Assembly (NCBI GenBank): GCA_040905565.1
Contig: JBBDRF010000059.1
Span: 41,877 to 105,876, forward strand
Direction: 5' to 3'
Length of the DNA: 64,000 nt
DNA from: Phycisphaeraceae bacterium
Lineage (GTDB): Bacteria; Planctomycetota; Phycisphaerae; Phycisphaerales; Zrk34
In this document: in pieces, positions 29,195 through 38,407 of the stretch
Numbering within the stretch: the first letter of the stretch is position 1
Layout of the letters: each line of letters begins with the position of its first letter
Notes under the pieces: model-generated
What the model was told of the DNA's origin: nothing
Seen by the model: the letters and a program-made list of their open reading frames with translations, nothing else
Databases searched by the model: none
Program-made: the position numbers and the translations under genes

Positions 29195-30648
29195 TGTCCG
29201 TTACAGTTATGATCCCCACCGCCCTCCGCGCCTATGCAGACGGGACCGATACCGTCGAAATGGAAGGCAGCAATGTCGGGCAGGTGCTCGACCAGCTCGC
29301 GGAAAACTACCCCAAGCTCCGCCCGCACCTGTTCAGCGATAACGGCGAGCTTCGCAACTTCGTCAACGTCTTCGTCAACGAAGAGAATATCCGCGATCAA
29401 CAGCAGCGCGATACCAAAATCAAAGACGGTGACGAACTCGCCATCGTCCCCGCTGTCGCCGGCGGCGCGCCTACCGACACCACCGAAGCGTCGCTTTCCA
29501 ACGAGGAAGTGCAGCGCTACAGCCGGCACCTGATCCTCCCCGAAGTGGGCATGACCGGGCAGAAGAAGCTTAAAGGTGCGAGCATCCTGCTCATCGGCAC
29601 CGGCGGGCTCGGTGCGCCGCTGGGCATGTACCTCGCCGCGGCGGGTATCGGTCGGCTCGGCCTTGTGGACTTTGACGTGGTCGACCACTCGAACCTTCAC
29701 CGTCAGGTCATTCACGGCACCGCGAGCGTCGGCAAGCCCAAGATCGTTAGCGCCAAAGAACGCATCAACGACATCAACCCCAACGTGAAGCTCGACATGT
29801 TCGAAGAGCCCTTCACGTCCGCCAATGCGGCCGGCATCGCCGACAATTACGACATCATTATCGACGGCACCGACAACTTCCCGACCCGCTATCTCGCGAA
29901 CGACATCAGCGTGCTTCAGGGCAAGCCGAACGTTTACGGGGCCATCTTCCGGTTCGACGGCCAGGCTTCCGTGTTCAACTACGACGGCGGCCCATGCTAC
30001 CGTTGCCTCTACCCCGAGCCGCCGGATCCCGGGCTGGTGCCCAGCTGTGCGGAAGGCGGCGTGCTCGGCGTGCTGCCGGGTATCGTCGGGCTGATTCAGG
30101 CGACCGAAGCGATCAAGATCATCCTTGGCAAGGGCGACACGCTCAGCGGCCGACTGCTGATGTTCGACGCACTGGCCATGAAGTTCCGTGAAATGAAAAT
30201 CCGCCGCGACCCGGCCTGCCCGATCTGCGGCGACAACCCGACGATCAAAGAGCTGATCGACTATCAGGAATTCTGTGGCATGCCGCAGGAAGAAAAGAGC
30301 GTCGAGAAGGAGGCCGCCTTGGCGAAGCAATCCGACTGGGACATCACGCCGCAGGATCTTAAGAAGCTGAAGGACGCGAACGAGGAGTTCATTCTTGTCG
30401 ACGTCCGCGAGCCTCACGAGTTTGAGATTTGCCACCTCGATGGCAAGCTCATCCCCCTCGGTCAGCTCAATCAGCACCTTGATGAACTGCCCAAGGACGC
30501 GCACATCGTGGTCCACTGCCGCTCGGGCGGCCGGTCCGCCAAAGCCGTGACCGCCATGCGGAACGCGGGCTATGAGAACACGTGGAACGTCGCCGGCGGC
30601 ATCCTCGCCTGGGCCGACCACGTCGATCCGAGCGTGCCGAAGTACTGA
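29194..30648 (+). CDS. moeZ: Fusion of a MoaD/CysO-like ubiquitin-like sulfur carrier, a MoeB/ThiF adenylyltransferase and a rhodanese (MoeZ-like)
   Basis: Residues 1-91 form a beta-grasp ending 'IVPAVAGG'; then 'RYSRH', 'GTGGLG', 'SNLHRQ', 'CYRC', 'PSCAEGG', 'CPIC'; rhodanese 'HCRSGGRS'. Confidence 0.9.
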   Translation: MSVTVMIPTALRAYADGTDTVEMEGSNVGQVLDQLAENYPKLRPHLFSDNGELRNFVNVFVNEENIRDQQQRDTKIKDGDELAIVPAVAGGAPTDTTEASLSNEEVQRYSRHLILPEVGMTGQKKLKGASILLIGTGGLGAPLGMYLAAAGIGRLGLVDFDVVDHSNLHRQVIHGTASVGKPKIVSAKERINDINPNVKLDMFEEPFTSANAAGIADNYDIIIDGTDNFPTRYLANDISVLQGKPNVYGAIFRFDGQASVFNYDGGPCYRCLYPEPPDPGLVPSCAEGGVLGVLPGIVGLIQATEAIKIILGKGDTLSGRLLMFDALAMKFREMKIRRDPACPICGDNPTIKELIDYQEFCGMPQEEKSVEKEAALAKQSDWDITPQDLKKLKDANEEFILVDVREPHEFEICHLDGKLIPLGQLNQHLDELPKDAHIVVHCRSGGRSAKAVTAMRNAGYENTWNVAGGILAWADHVDPSVPKY

Positions 30649-30677
30649 ATCGTCCCGTGCGATTGAGAACTAAGATG

Positions 30678-30709
30678 ACCGGCTGGGCCTCGCGCTCAGC
30701 CGGTTTTTT
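30678..30709 (+). terminator. Intrinsic terminator
   Basis: ACCGGCTGGGC/GCTCAGCCGGT stem followed by a T-run. Confidence 0.8.
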
Positions 30710-30781
30710 ATTGCGATCATGAATCGGTCGCGGTTGAGTGGGGCGTGATCTCCCTTTAGCGTGATGGTGTAACTCATCAGC

Positions 30782-31618
30782 ATGAAGGAGCGGAACATGA
30801 TGCGACGCATGGCAATGGCAGCGGTCGTGGCAGGGGGGATGCTGCTCGGCGGCGGCGGGCCAACGGCGGTGCACGCGCAGGCGGAGCCGGTGCTCGTGGA
30901 GACGTTTGAGGATGTGGAGCGGGACTCGCTCGGCGAGGTGCTGGCGCGGGATGACCGCATGACCATCGTGGACGGAGCGGGAGTGCAGGGTTCCAGCGCG
31001 CTTCGCGTGCAGTATGTCGGGTACGATCGTGGCAGCCAACGGCTGGTGCAGCGATATCCGCTCAACGAGACGCTGCACGAGGCGACGCTGAGCTACGACG
31101 TGAAGCTGGACGAAGATTTCCAGTTCGTACGCGGTGGAAAAATGCACGGCTTAGGCCCCAAGCAACCGGTCACCGGGGGAAATCCGCGTCGCCCGGCACG
31201 CTGGAGCGCTCGGGTCAACTTTAACCGCACCGGCGGCGTCTCCACGTATCTCTACGATCAGAGCGAAGGCAGCGTTTACGGCCGCAGACGGAACTCGGGC
31301 GAAGGCTTCACCCTCGAGCGGGGCAGGTATTATGCCGTTTCCATGCACATGAAGCTCAACGACGCAGGCGAGGCCAACGGCTTCGCCCACATCTACGTCG
31401 ACGGAAAATTACGCGTCCGCCATGACAATGTCGTGTTTCGTGGTACCGACGGTGAGCGCACCCTGATTCATCAGTTCCTGTTCAGCACCTTCCACGGTGG
31501 CAGCAACCCCGACTGGGCGCCGCGCGATGAGGATGGCGAATACGCAACCGTCCATGCGTACTTCGACAACTTTGCGATACATCCGGGCAAGGCAGTGCGG
31601 GCAGAGCCGGGCGACTGA
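30782..31618 (+). CDS. Secreted polysaccharide lyase, PL14-like
   Basis: Signal peptide; 'LSYDVKLDEDFQFVRGGKMHGL' and 'FSTFHGG' motifs typical of PL14. Confidence 0.75.
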   Translation: MKERNMMRRMAMAAVVAGGMLLGGGGPTAVHAQAEPVLVETFEDVERDSLGEVLARDDRMTIVDGAGVQGSSALRVQYVGYDRGSQRLVQRYPLNETLHEATLSYDVKLDEDFQFVRGGKMHGLGPKQPVTGGNPRRPARWSARVNFNRTGGVSTYLYDQSEGSVYGRRRNSGEGFTLERGRYYAVSMHMKLNDAGEANGFAHIYVDGKLRVRHDNVVFRGTDGERTLIHQFLFSTFHGGSNPDWAPRDEDGEYATVHAYFDNFAIHPGKAVRAEPGD

Positions 31619-31660
31619 ACGGCGGTGCGTTCTGTTCGGCCCGTGTCGATCGCCAATCCT

Positions 31661-33154
31661 CTACTGTTGATCCTTCCGCCCGAGCTCTGCGTCGTAGTCG
31701 GGATTGGGAGTGGGATACTTTGCGTCGACTGTCTCGCGCCAGGCCTTCAGGCGTTCATGCATGGCCTCGGCGCGTGACGGTTGATCGTCAACCAGATTCT
31801 TCTGCTCGCCGAGATCGTCGGCCAGGTTGTAGAGTTCAAGGCGGCCGTCTTCGAAGGATTCGATCAGCTTCCAGTCGCCGATGCGAACGGCGCTCGTGGG
31901 CGCTCCCCCTTGGTTGCCGTAGTGCGGATAGTGCCAGAAGATCGCCTCGCGGTCGATGGCGTCATCGCCCTTGAGCACGGGAACGATGCTCCGGCCGTCG
32001 ACATGATCTTCAGGCCGTGCGGGCAGCCCCGCCATTTCGAGCATGGTCGGAAACAGATCGGTGCCGATCGTCGGAACGTTGGAAACGCCGCCGCCCTCGA
32101 CGACGCCAGGCCAACGGATGATCAACGGCACGCGGAGGCCCCCCTCGTACATCCATCCTTTACCGGCCCGCAAAGGTGCGTTCGAAGTCGGCGAGCCCTC
32201 GCTGGTGCTGAGCCCGCCGTGATCGCTGCTGAAAATGATGATGGTGTCGTCGGCCAGTCCTTGCGCCTCCAGCGACGCAAGCACGGTGCCGACGGCGGCG
32301 TCCATCGTCTCGATCATCCCCGCATAGACGGCATGATCCTGCACGCGCCGATCCTGCCGCGGCGGCTCGGGCCTGAAACGCGGCCCTTCGATGCCCAGTT
32401 CTTCCCGTTTCGCGCGGTACTTCTCGCGAAGTTCAGGCGTCGTCATCAACGGCGTGTGAACATCGTAGAACGAGAAGAACATCATGAAAGGTTGATCTTC
32501 GGTCGATCGAATCAACTCCCCGGCGACCTCGGCCATCCGGTCAGCCAGATGATCGCCCGGCTGCGAGTCCAGGTTCGGCATGTCGAACGGATGAAAGTAG
32601 TTGCCCCGACCGTAAGGCCCGCCACGCACGGTACCCGCGACGTTCACATCGAACCCGTGATCGGTGGGCCCGTAGCCCTTTTCCGGATCACCGACATGCC
32701 ACTTTCCCAGAAAATAGGTCGCATAGCCGGCTTCGCTGAACGCGTCGGCGAAGGTGACGGTGCCATCGCGCAGCTCGGTTTCCTGCGGGGCAGGCATCAT
32801 CATGTAATTACGCTGCGTGGAAAGGTTTCGCTTACTCTGCCGATCGTTCCCCCCGATCCAGTCGGTGATGCCGACCCGCGGCGGGGCCTGACCTGTCAGC
32901 AGGGCGGCGCGAGCAGGACTGCAAACCGGTGAACTCGAATAAGCATCGGTGAAAAGCATCCCCTCTTCCGCAAGACGATCAAGGTGAGGCGTTTCATAGA
33001 ACCCACTGCCGTAAACGCTCAGATCCTTCCAACCCAGATCGTCAGCATAGAACACGATGACATTCGGCTGCGTCTTCGGTTCATCCGCATGGCTGAGCGT
33101 CGCACTGATGAGGACCATGCATAAAATCAAAAGCAGGGAACGCAAGTTGTCCAT
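31661..33154 (-). CDS. Secreted sulfatase (formylglycine-dependent, Cys type)
   Basis: 'ADDLGW', 'CSPARAALLTG', 'GKWH', 'SDHGG', 'YEGGLRVP'. Confidence 0.95.
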   Translation of the reverse strand: MDNLRSLLLILCMVLISATLSHADEPKTQPNVIVFYADDLGWKDLSVYGSGFYETPHLDRLAEEGMLFTDAYSSSPVCSPARAALLTGQAPPRVGITDWIGGNDRQSKRNLSTQRNYMMMPAPQETELRDGTVTFADAFSEAGYATYFLGKWHVGDPEKGYGPTDHGFDVNVAGTVRGGPYGRGNYFHPFDMPNLDSQPGDHLADRMAEVAGELIRSTEDQPFMMFFSFYDVHTPLMTTPELREKYRAKREELGIEGPRFRPEPPRQDRRVQDHAVYAGMIETMDAAVGTVLASLEAQGLADDTIIIFSSDHGGLSTSEGSPTSNAPLRAGKGWMYEGGLRVPLIIRWPGVVEGGGVSNVPTIGTDLFPTMLEMAGLPARPEDHVDGRSIVPVLKGDDAIDREAIFWHYPHYGNQGGAPTSAVRIGDWKLIESFEDGRLELYNLADDLGEQKNLVDDQPSRAEAMHERLKAWRETVDAKYPTPNPDYDAELGRKDQQ

Positions 33155-33327
33155 TATTGTCTCCCGTTAGTAGAAGCGTTGCCTCATGACCGAGGTCAAG
33201 CTGCAACAATGGGCATCGTATCATAAGAGATACGGCACCCGAAAAGAACTTTATAGACACCTGCGATCGGCACTGTTAAATTCAGAATAGACACGCCGAT
33301 TACCGTCCGTACTTCTGGAGGCTTTCG

Positions 33328-34764
33328 ATGATCACACCCCTGCGTCACGTTCTTGCGCTCGTGCTTGTGTTACAGCTGACCGCCGTTGCCGCGGCCGATC
33401 TGACCCTTCCCGCCCTGTTCGGCGACGGCATGGTCCTTCAGCGAAACCGTGCGGTTGCCGTCTGGGGCACCGCCGACGCGGATCAGCAGATTACGGTCAC
33501 CTTCGGCGATCAGAAGCACACGACCACCGCCGATGCGTCCAACCGCTGGCGCGTCATGCTCGACGCGATGCCTGCCTCGGCTGAGGGGCGCACGCTAACT
33601 ATCACAGGCGATGGCGCCACGATCGAACACGAGGATGTGCTCGTCGGCGAAGTGTGGATCGGGTCGGGTCAGTCGAACATGGAATGGCCCATGCACCGTA
33701 GCGATGCCGAGGCTGAGATCGCCGCCGCGGGCGATCCGCACCTTCGGCTTTTCACGGTCAAGCGTGCTGTCGCCCACGAGCCACGCACTGATGTCGAAGG
33801 CAGTTGGCAGGAGACCTCACCCCAGAGCGTGCGGAACTTCTCGGCGGTCGGCTACTTCTTCGCGCTGAAGCTTCGCGAGGAACTCGATGTACCCGTCGGC
33901 ATGGTCATCTCCGCATGGGGCGGCACGCCCGCCGAGGCCTGGGCACCGCGCGATCGTCTCGAAGCAGAGCCCCGCCTTGCGCCGCTGCTTACCCGGTGGG
34001 ATCGGCAGGTTGAGAACAACGCAAACGCTGCGAATCATAACCATCGCCCAGCGAACCTGTACAACGCCATGATCGCGCCGCTGACGCCCATGACCTTCCG
34101 CGGCGCCATCTGGTATCAGGGTGAGAGCAACGTCGGCCGCGCGCATCAGTACCGCACGATCTTCCCGCTCATGATCGAGTCGTGGCGCGAACGCTTCGCT
34201 CAAGGGGATTTCCCCTTTTACTATGCCCAGATCGCGCCGTTCAATTACAACTCGAATCCCGCGTTCGCAGCCGAGCTTTGGGAAGCGCAGCTGCTGACGA
34301 TGCGGATGCTGCCGAACACCGGCATGGCGGTCCTCACCGACATCGGCGACGTAAGCGACATCCATCCGACGAACAAGGTCGACGTGGGCGATCGTCTTGC
34401 AGCCTGGGCTCTGGCGAAGACATACAACTTGGACGTGCCCTACAGCGGGCCGGTGTACACGCACCAGGCGATCGAGGACGGTGCGATTCGGCTGCACTTC
34501 GATCACGCTCAGGGGATGAAGTCAGCCGACGGCGAGCCGCTTTCGCACTTCACGATCGCCGGTGCGGATGGCGAGTTTCATGCCGCGACCGCCGAGGTCG
34601 ATGGTGCGACGGTGGTGGTGCGTTCAGGCAGCGTGCCGCATCCGATCGCGGTCCGTTTCGCCTGGCACGACTCGGCCGAGCCGAACTTCGTGAACGCGTC
34701 GGGGTTGCCCGCGTCGCCGTTCCGCACGGACAGCTTCCCACTGCTCACCCGCGATTCACACTAA
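33328..34764 (+). CDS. Sialate O-acetylesterase (SASA family)
   Basis: 'GMVLQR', 'GEVWIGSGQSNM', 'WYQGESN', 'DIHP'. Confidence 0.92.
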   Translation: MITPLRHVLALVLVLQLTAVAAADLTLPALFGDGMVLQRNRAVAVWGTADADQQITVTFGDQKHTTTADASNRWRVMLDAMPASAEGRTLTITGDGATIEHEDVLVGEVWIGSGQSNMEWPMHRSDAEAEIAAAGDPHLRLFTVKRAVAHEPRTDVEGSWQETSPQSVRNFSAVGYFFALKLREELDVPVGMVISAWGGTPAEAWAPRDRLEAEPRLAPLLTRWDRQVENNANAANHNHRPANLYNAMIAPLTPMTFRGAIWYQGESNVGRAHQYRTIFPLMIESWRERFAQGDFPFYYAQIAPFNYNSNPAFAAELWEAQLLTMRMLPNTGMAVLTDIGDVSDIHPTNKVDVGDRLAAWALAKTYNLDVPYSGPVYTHQAIEDGAIRLHFDHAQGMKSADGEPLSHFTIAGADGEFHAATAEVDGATVVVRSGSVPHPIAVRFAWHDSAEPNFVNASGLPASPFRTDSFPLLTRDSH

Positions 34765-34805
34765 CGGCCGCAAACGTCGCCTTGCCCCCGAGGGGCTCAC
34801 GCTAC

Positions 34806-35198
34806 TCACTCCGGCAACTCGCACAGCTCAATCACGTGACCGTCGGGGTCGGTGATGAAGATTTGCGTCGCGCCGTCGGGGCGTGGCTTGGGGCCGACCA
34901 TGTCGACCTGGTGATCACGCAAAACGGCGGCGGCGTGCTGGGCGTCGGTGATGCGGAGCGCGAAGTGCGTGCCGCGCTGCTGCGAATGCACCGGCCGGTC
35001 GCGGTCGCCGATGAGGTGCAACTCCTGATCCGGTCCGAGGGCGAACCACGCGCCGGGAAAGTCGAACGCCGGCCTCGGCAGGGGGGTCAGACCGAGCGTG
35101 TGTTGATAAAAAGCAGCCGCTCGCGCGACGTCCTGCACGTGGATCGCCACATGATTGAGCTGGTTCACACCGACGGTTGCGTCTGTTGATTCGTTCAT
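34806..35198 (-). CDS. VOC/glyoxalase family protein
   Basis: 'LNHVAIHV', 'ELHLI', 'HFALRI', 'DPDGHVIEL'. Confidence 0.9.
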   Translation of the reverse strand: MNESTDATVGVNQLNHVAIHVQDVARAAAFYQHTLGLTPLPRPAFDFPGAWFALGPDQELHLIGDRDRPVHSQQRGTHFALRITDAQHAAAVLRDHQVDMVGPKPRPDGATQIFITDPDGHVIELCELPE

Positions 35199-35322
35199 GC
35201 TACTGAGGATACCAGCCCCGCCGACGTCTCCGCTATAACCTTCGCCGCGCAATTGGTCGGTGGTCCCGATCGGCTCACCACATGCCTGCGACGGGCGGGG
35301 GTTTCGCCCCTATAATCTGGTC

Positions 35323-35958
35323 ATGGATCTTCCGATGATGGTTTCGCTGACCGGCCGCCGGGTCGTGATCGTGGGCGGGGGCAAGGTGGCGCGCCGCCGC
35401 GCTCGCGCCATGCTCGACGCCGGTGCCGATGTCTGCGTCATCGCGCCTGAGATGGATGCGGCCTTTTCGGAACTGCCCGTGAGCCGCATCGAGCGCGGTT
35501 ACGCGGTCGGCGATCTTGAGAACGCGTTTCTCGTCGTCGTTGCCACCGACGACACTGCCATCAATGATGCGGTCAGCCGCGAGGCGCGTCGCCTGGAGAT
35601 TCTGATCAATCGCACGGATCAGCCCGAACTCGGCGATGTCACCATCCCCGCCCACGCCCATCGCGGGCCCCTGACCGTGTCGGTGCACACCGGCGGCATC
35701 AGCGCCAGCGCCGCTGCTGACATCCGGGATCAGCTCATCGAATCGGTCGACCCGGATATGATTCGCCTGCTACAAAACGTGGCGCCGTTTCGCCAACTTT
35801 TCAAGCAGCGCATTTGTGACGCCGGGGCACGCCGTCGCGCCCTCCGGGCGATCACGGAGCCAGCAGCCCTGGCGGTACTTAAAGCAGAAGGTGAAGAAGC
35901 TTTGCAGCGTCACTGCCAAGCAATTCTCTCAGACGCGCTGCGTCAAGTGAAAACCTGA
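35323..35958 (+). CDS. sirC: Precorrin-2 dehydrogenase/sirohydrochlorin ferrochelatase (SirC/CysG N-terminal type)
   Basis: 'VVIVGGGKVARRR', 'VVATDDTAIN', 'VHTGGIS'. Confidence 0.8.
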   Translation: MDLPMMVSLTGRRVVIVGGGKVARRRARAMLDAGADVCVIAPEMDAAFSELPVSRIERGYAVGDLENAFLVVVATDDTAINDAVSREARRLEILINRTDQPELGDVTIPAHAHRGPLTVSVHTGGISASAAADIRDQLIESVDPDMIRLLQNVAPFRQLFKQRICDAGARRRALRAITEPAALAVLKAEGEEALQRHCQAILSDALRQVKT

Positions 35959-36021
35959 CGGCGGTCGATTCCTCACCCACCCGCGAAAACGACGGCCGAT
36001 CCCGTTACAGTAAGGATCCTC

Positions 36022-36981
36022 ATGCCCCCCGACTGGCTCACAACTTTGGGTCTCATTGCCGCGACGCTCGCCAGTGTCGCAGCATGCATTGCTGCGCTGC
36101 GACGAACGCTCGGCAAGGCTGAGCACGGCAAACTCCAGCGCATCGAGCGTGGCGGCGTCCTGACGGTGGTCGTGCTGTGCGGCGCGGTGTTCGTTTATCG
36201 CGCGGTGCTGGTTCACCAGGGATGGGAGCCGCTGAGTTCCCACGTCGACGGCCTCACGCTTCTCGCCGCCCTGCTCGCCGCCGTCGTCGCTTACCTGCAA
36301 TGGGCCGACCGGTTGCGAGGCGTCGACGTCTTCGCCTTGCCCGTGCTCACGGTCATCACCCTTTGGGGCGTGTGCGCCAGCTGGTGGACGCTGCGCGAAT
36401 TCGAGATCAGTACCGTCTGGTTTCGCATCCACCTCTGGGCGATCTACCTGTCCACGCTGTCGATCGCGACCGCCGCAGCGGCGGGGGCGCTCTACCTTTA
36501 CGTTGATCGCCAGATGCGCAGTAAGGATCACCGTCGCGAGCGGCTCAAACGGCTGGGGCGACTGGGGAATCTCGAATCCATCGAATCGGGGATCGTGGTC
36601 GCAGCCTCCGCCGGCTTCGTGCTGCTGACGATCGCGCTGCCGACCGGCGGCGTCGTGCTCAGCGACGAAGGCCAACTGCACACCGGCTGGTGGTACACGC
36701 CCAAAGTGCTGCTGGCCGTCGCCGTCTGGCTGATCTTCGCCGTGGTGATGCACGTCCGGTACGTGCCAACCTTCCGCGGTCGGCGGGCGGCGGTGCTGTC
36801 AATCATCGGCTTCGTGCTGTTGATGACTTCCATGGGCTTCGCGCTCGGATCCACCGCGGATGAGCAATCCACCCCGCAAATCGTTCAGCCATCGCCTCCC
36901 GAAACGCCTCCTACGAGCCGCGACCGTGAGGGAGCGGTGATACGCCGCGCCGATGCACGACTCTCCGGAGGATCTGCCTGA
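36022..36981 (+). CDS. Cytochrome c assembly family membrane protein (CcsA/HemX-like)
   Basis: About 8 TM segments; 'WFRIH', 'LYLYVDRQMRSK', 'TPKVL', 'FRGRRAAVLSIIGF'; overlaps the hemA start. Confidence 0.82.
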   Translation: MPPDWLTTLGLIAATLASVAACIAALRRTLGKAEHGKLQRIERGGVLTVVVLCGAVFVYRAVLVHQGWEPLSSHVDGLTLLAALLAAVVAYLQWADRLRGVDVFALPVLTVITLWGVCASWWTLREFEISTVWFRIHLWAIYLSTLSIATAAAAGALYLYVDRQMRSKDHRRERLKRLGRLGNLESIESGIVVAASAGFVLLTIALPTGGVVLSDEGQLHTGWWYTPKVLLAVAVWLIFAVVMHVRYVPTFRGRRAAVLSIIGFVLLMTSMGFALGSTADEQSTPQIVQPSPPETPPTSRDREGAVIRRADARLSGGSA

Positions 36982-38306
36982 TGCATATTCTCTGTGTGGG
37001 ACTTTCGCACCGCACCGCTTCGGTGGAGTTGCGTGAGCGGGTGTCTTTGAATGCCGACGCCGCCGAGGCCGCCCTGCGCGAGCTCGCCACGTTGTTCCCG
37101 CACGCGGAACTGGCGCTCATCTCCACCTGCAACCGCACTGAGCTGTACGTCGCCCGGCCGTTGCATGGCCACCCGCGCGTCGACGAGCTGCTGGGCTTTC
37201 TCGCCGATACCTCCGATCTTGAAGTCGAGGACCTCGCCGAGGTCGTCTACCACTACGACAACGAACAGGCGCTGCGACACCTGCTCCGCGTCGCGGCTGG
37301 GCTCGATTCCATGGTGCTCGGCGAAAACCAGATCGTCGCGCAGATCAAGCAGGCCTACGACATCGCCTGCGCAGCGGGCACGCTGGACAAGGTGCTGCAC
37401 AAGATTTTCCAGATCGCCCTGGCCACCGCAAAGAAGGTGCGCACGCAGACGGGTATCGGCTCGGGGCGTACCAGCGTTTCCAGCGTCGCCGTCGACTTCG
37501 CCAAGCATCTGTTCAGCCGACTGGGCGACAAAACCGTGCTGACCATCGGTGCGGGGAAGATGACCGAACTCACGCTCACGCACTTTCTCGAACTTCGCCC
37601 GGAGCGTGTGCTCATCTGCAACCGCTCCGCTGCCAAGGCCCACGATCTGGCCGCGAAATATCATGGCGAAGCGGCGGCTTTCGAAGACCTCGACGAGCAC
37701 CTGGTGAAAGCGGACGTGGTGATTTCTTCGACCGGCGCTTCGCAGCCGATCGTCGACGCCGCCATGTTCAAGCCGTTGATCAAGCGTCGGCGGTTTCGGC
37801 CCCTGTTCGTGATCGACATCGCCATGCCGCGTGATTTCGACCCCGCCATCGGCGAGCTCGCCAACGTCTACCTTTACAACCTCGACGATCTGCAGAAGGC
37901 CATCTCCGACGATCTGGCCCAGCGTAACGGCGAAGTGGCGACCTGCGAATCCATCGTCGACGCAGCCGTGCTCGATTGTTACGCCGCCATCCAGACGGGC
38001 GATTTTGCCGAGCTGATTCAGCTACTGCGTCGGCAGATTCACGACATCGCCTCTGCCGAGTCTGAGCGCACCGCCAACAAGCTCGCCGTGGCCGACCCCG
38101 ATCAGCATCGCGACATTCTTGACGAGCACGCCCATCGGCTGGTCAACAAGATCCTCCACCGCCCGCTTTCGGAGCTGCGCGCCAACAGCGGTACCGAGGC
38201 CGCCATGTACGCGACGGCGCTCCGCCGTCTGTTCGTACTCGATCAGCACCAGCAGGTTGAGGACCTGCACCCCCCCGAACAAACCACGCCCCCCTCGCGC
38301 CGCTGA
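36981..38306 (+). CDS. hemA: Glutamyl-tRNA reductase
   Basis: 'GLSHRTA', 'STCNRTE', 'GLDSMVLGENQI', 'IGAGKM', 'DIAMPRD'. Confidence 0.96.
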   Translation: MHILCVGLSHRTASVELRERVSLNADAAEAALRELATLFPHAELALISTCNRTELYVARPLHGHPRVDELLGFLADTSDLEVEDLAEVVYHYDNEQALRHLLRVAAGLDSMVLGENQIVAQIKQAYDIACAAGTLDKVLHKIFQIALATAKKVRTQTGIGSGRTSVSSVAVDFAKHLFSRLGDKTVLTIGAGKMTELTLTHFLELRPERVLICNRSAAKAHDLAAKYHGEAAAFEDLDEHLVKADVVISSTGASQPIVDAAMFKPLIKRRRFRPLFVIDIAMPRDFDPAIGELANVYLYNLDDLQKAISDDLAQRNGEVATCESIVDAAVLDCYAAIQTGDFAELIQLLRRQIHDIASAESERTANKLAVADPDQHRDILDEHAHRLVNKILHRPLSELRANSGTEAAMYATALRRLFVLDQHQQVEDLHPPEQTTPPSRR

Positions 38307-38407
38307 TATAAGCGCTTCCGATTGGTGCCTTGCCGCACTACACTGGCGGTACGGGCTGCGCGCCTCGGTCGCGTGCTTCAGTCATGAAAACTTTGGGAGC
38401 TTCGTTG

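Noticed and set aside
28748..30648. Ubiquitin-like anti-phage system (CBASS type II/Bil) based on JAB, E1 and Ubl
   Set aside because: No E2 or CD-NTase. The rhodanese fusion and flanking cysteine synthase and sulfite reductase indicate sulfur metabolism.
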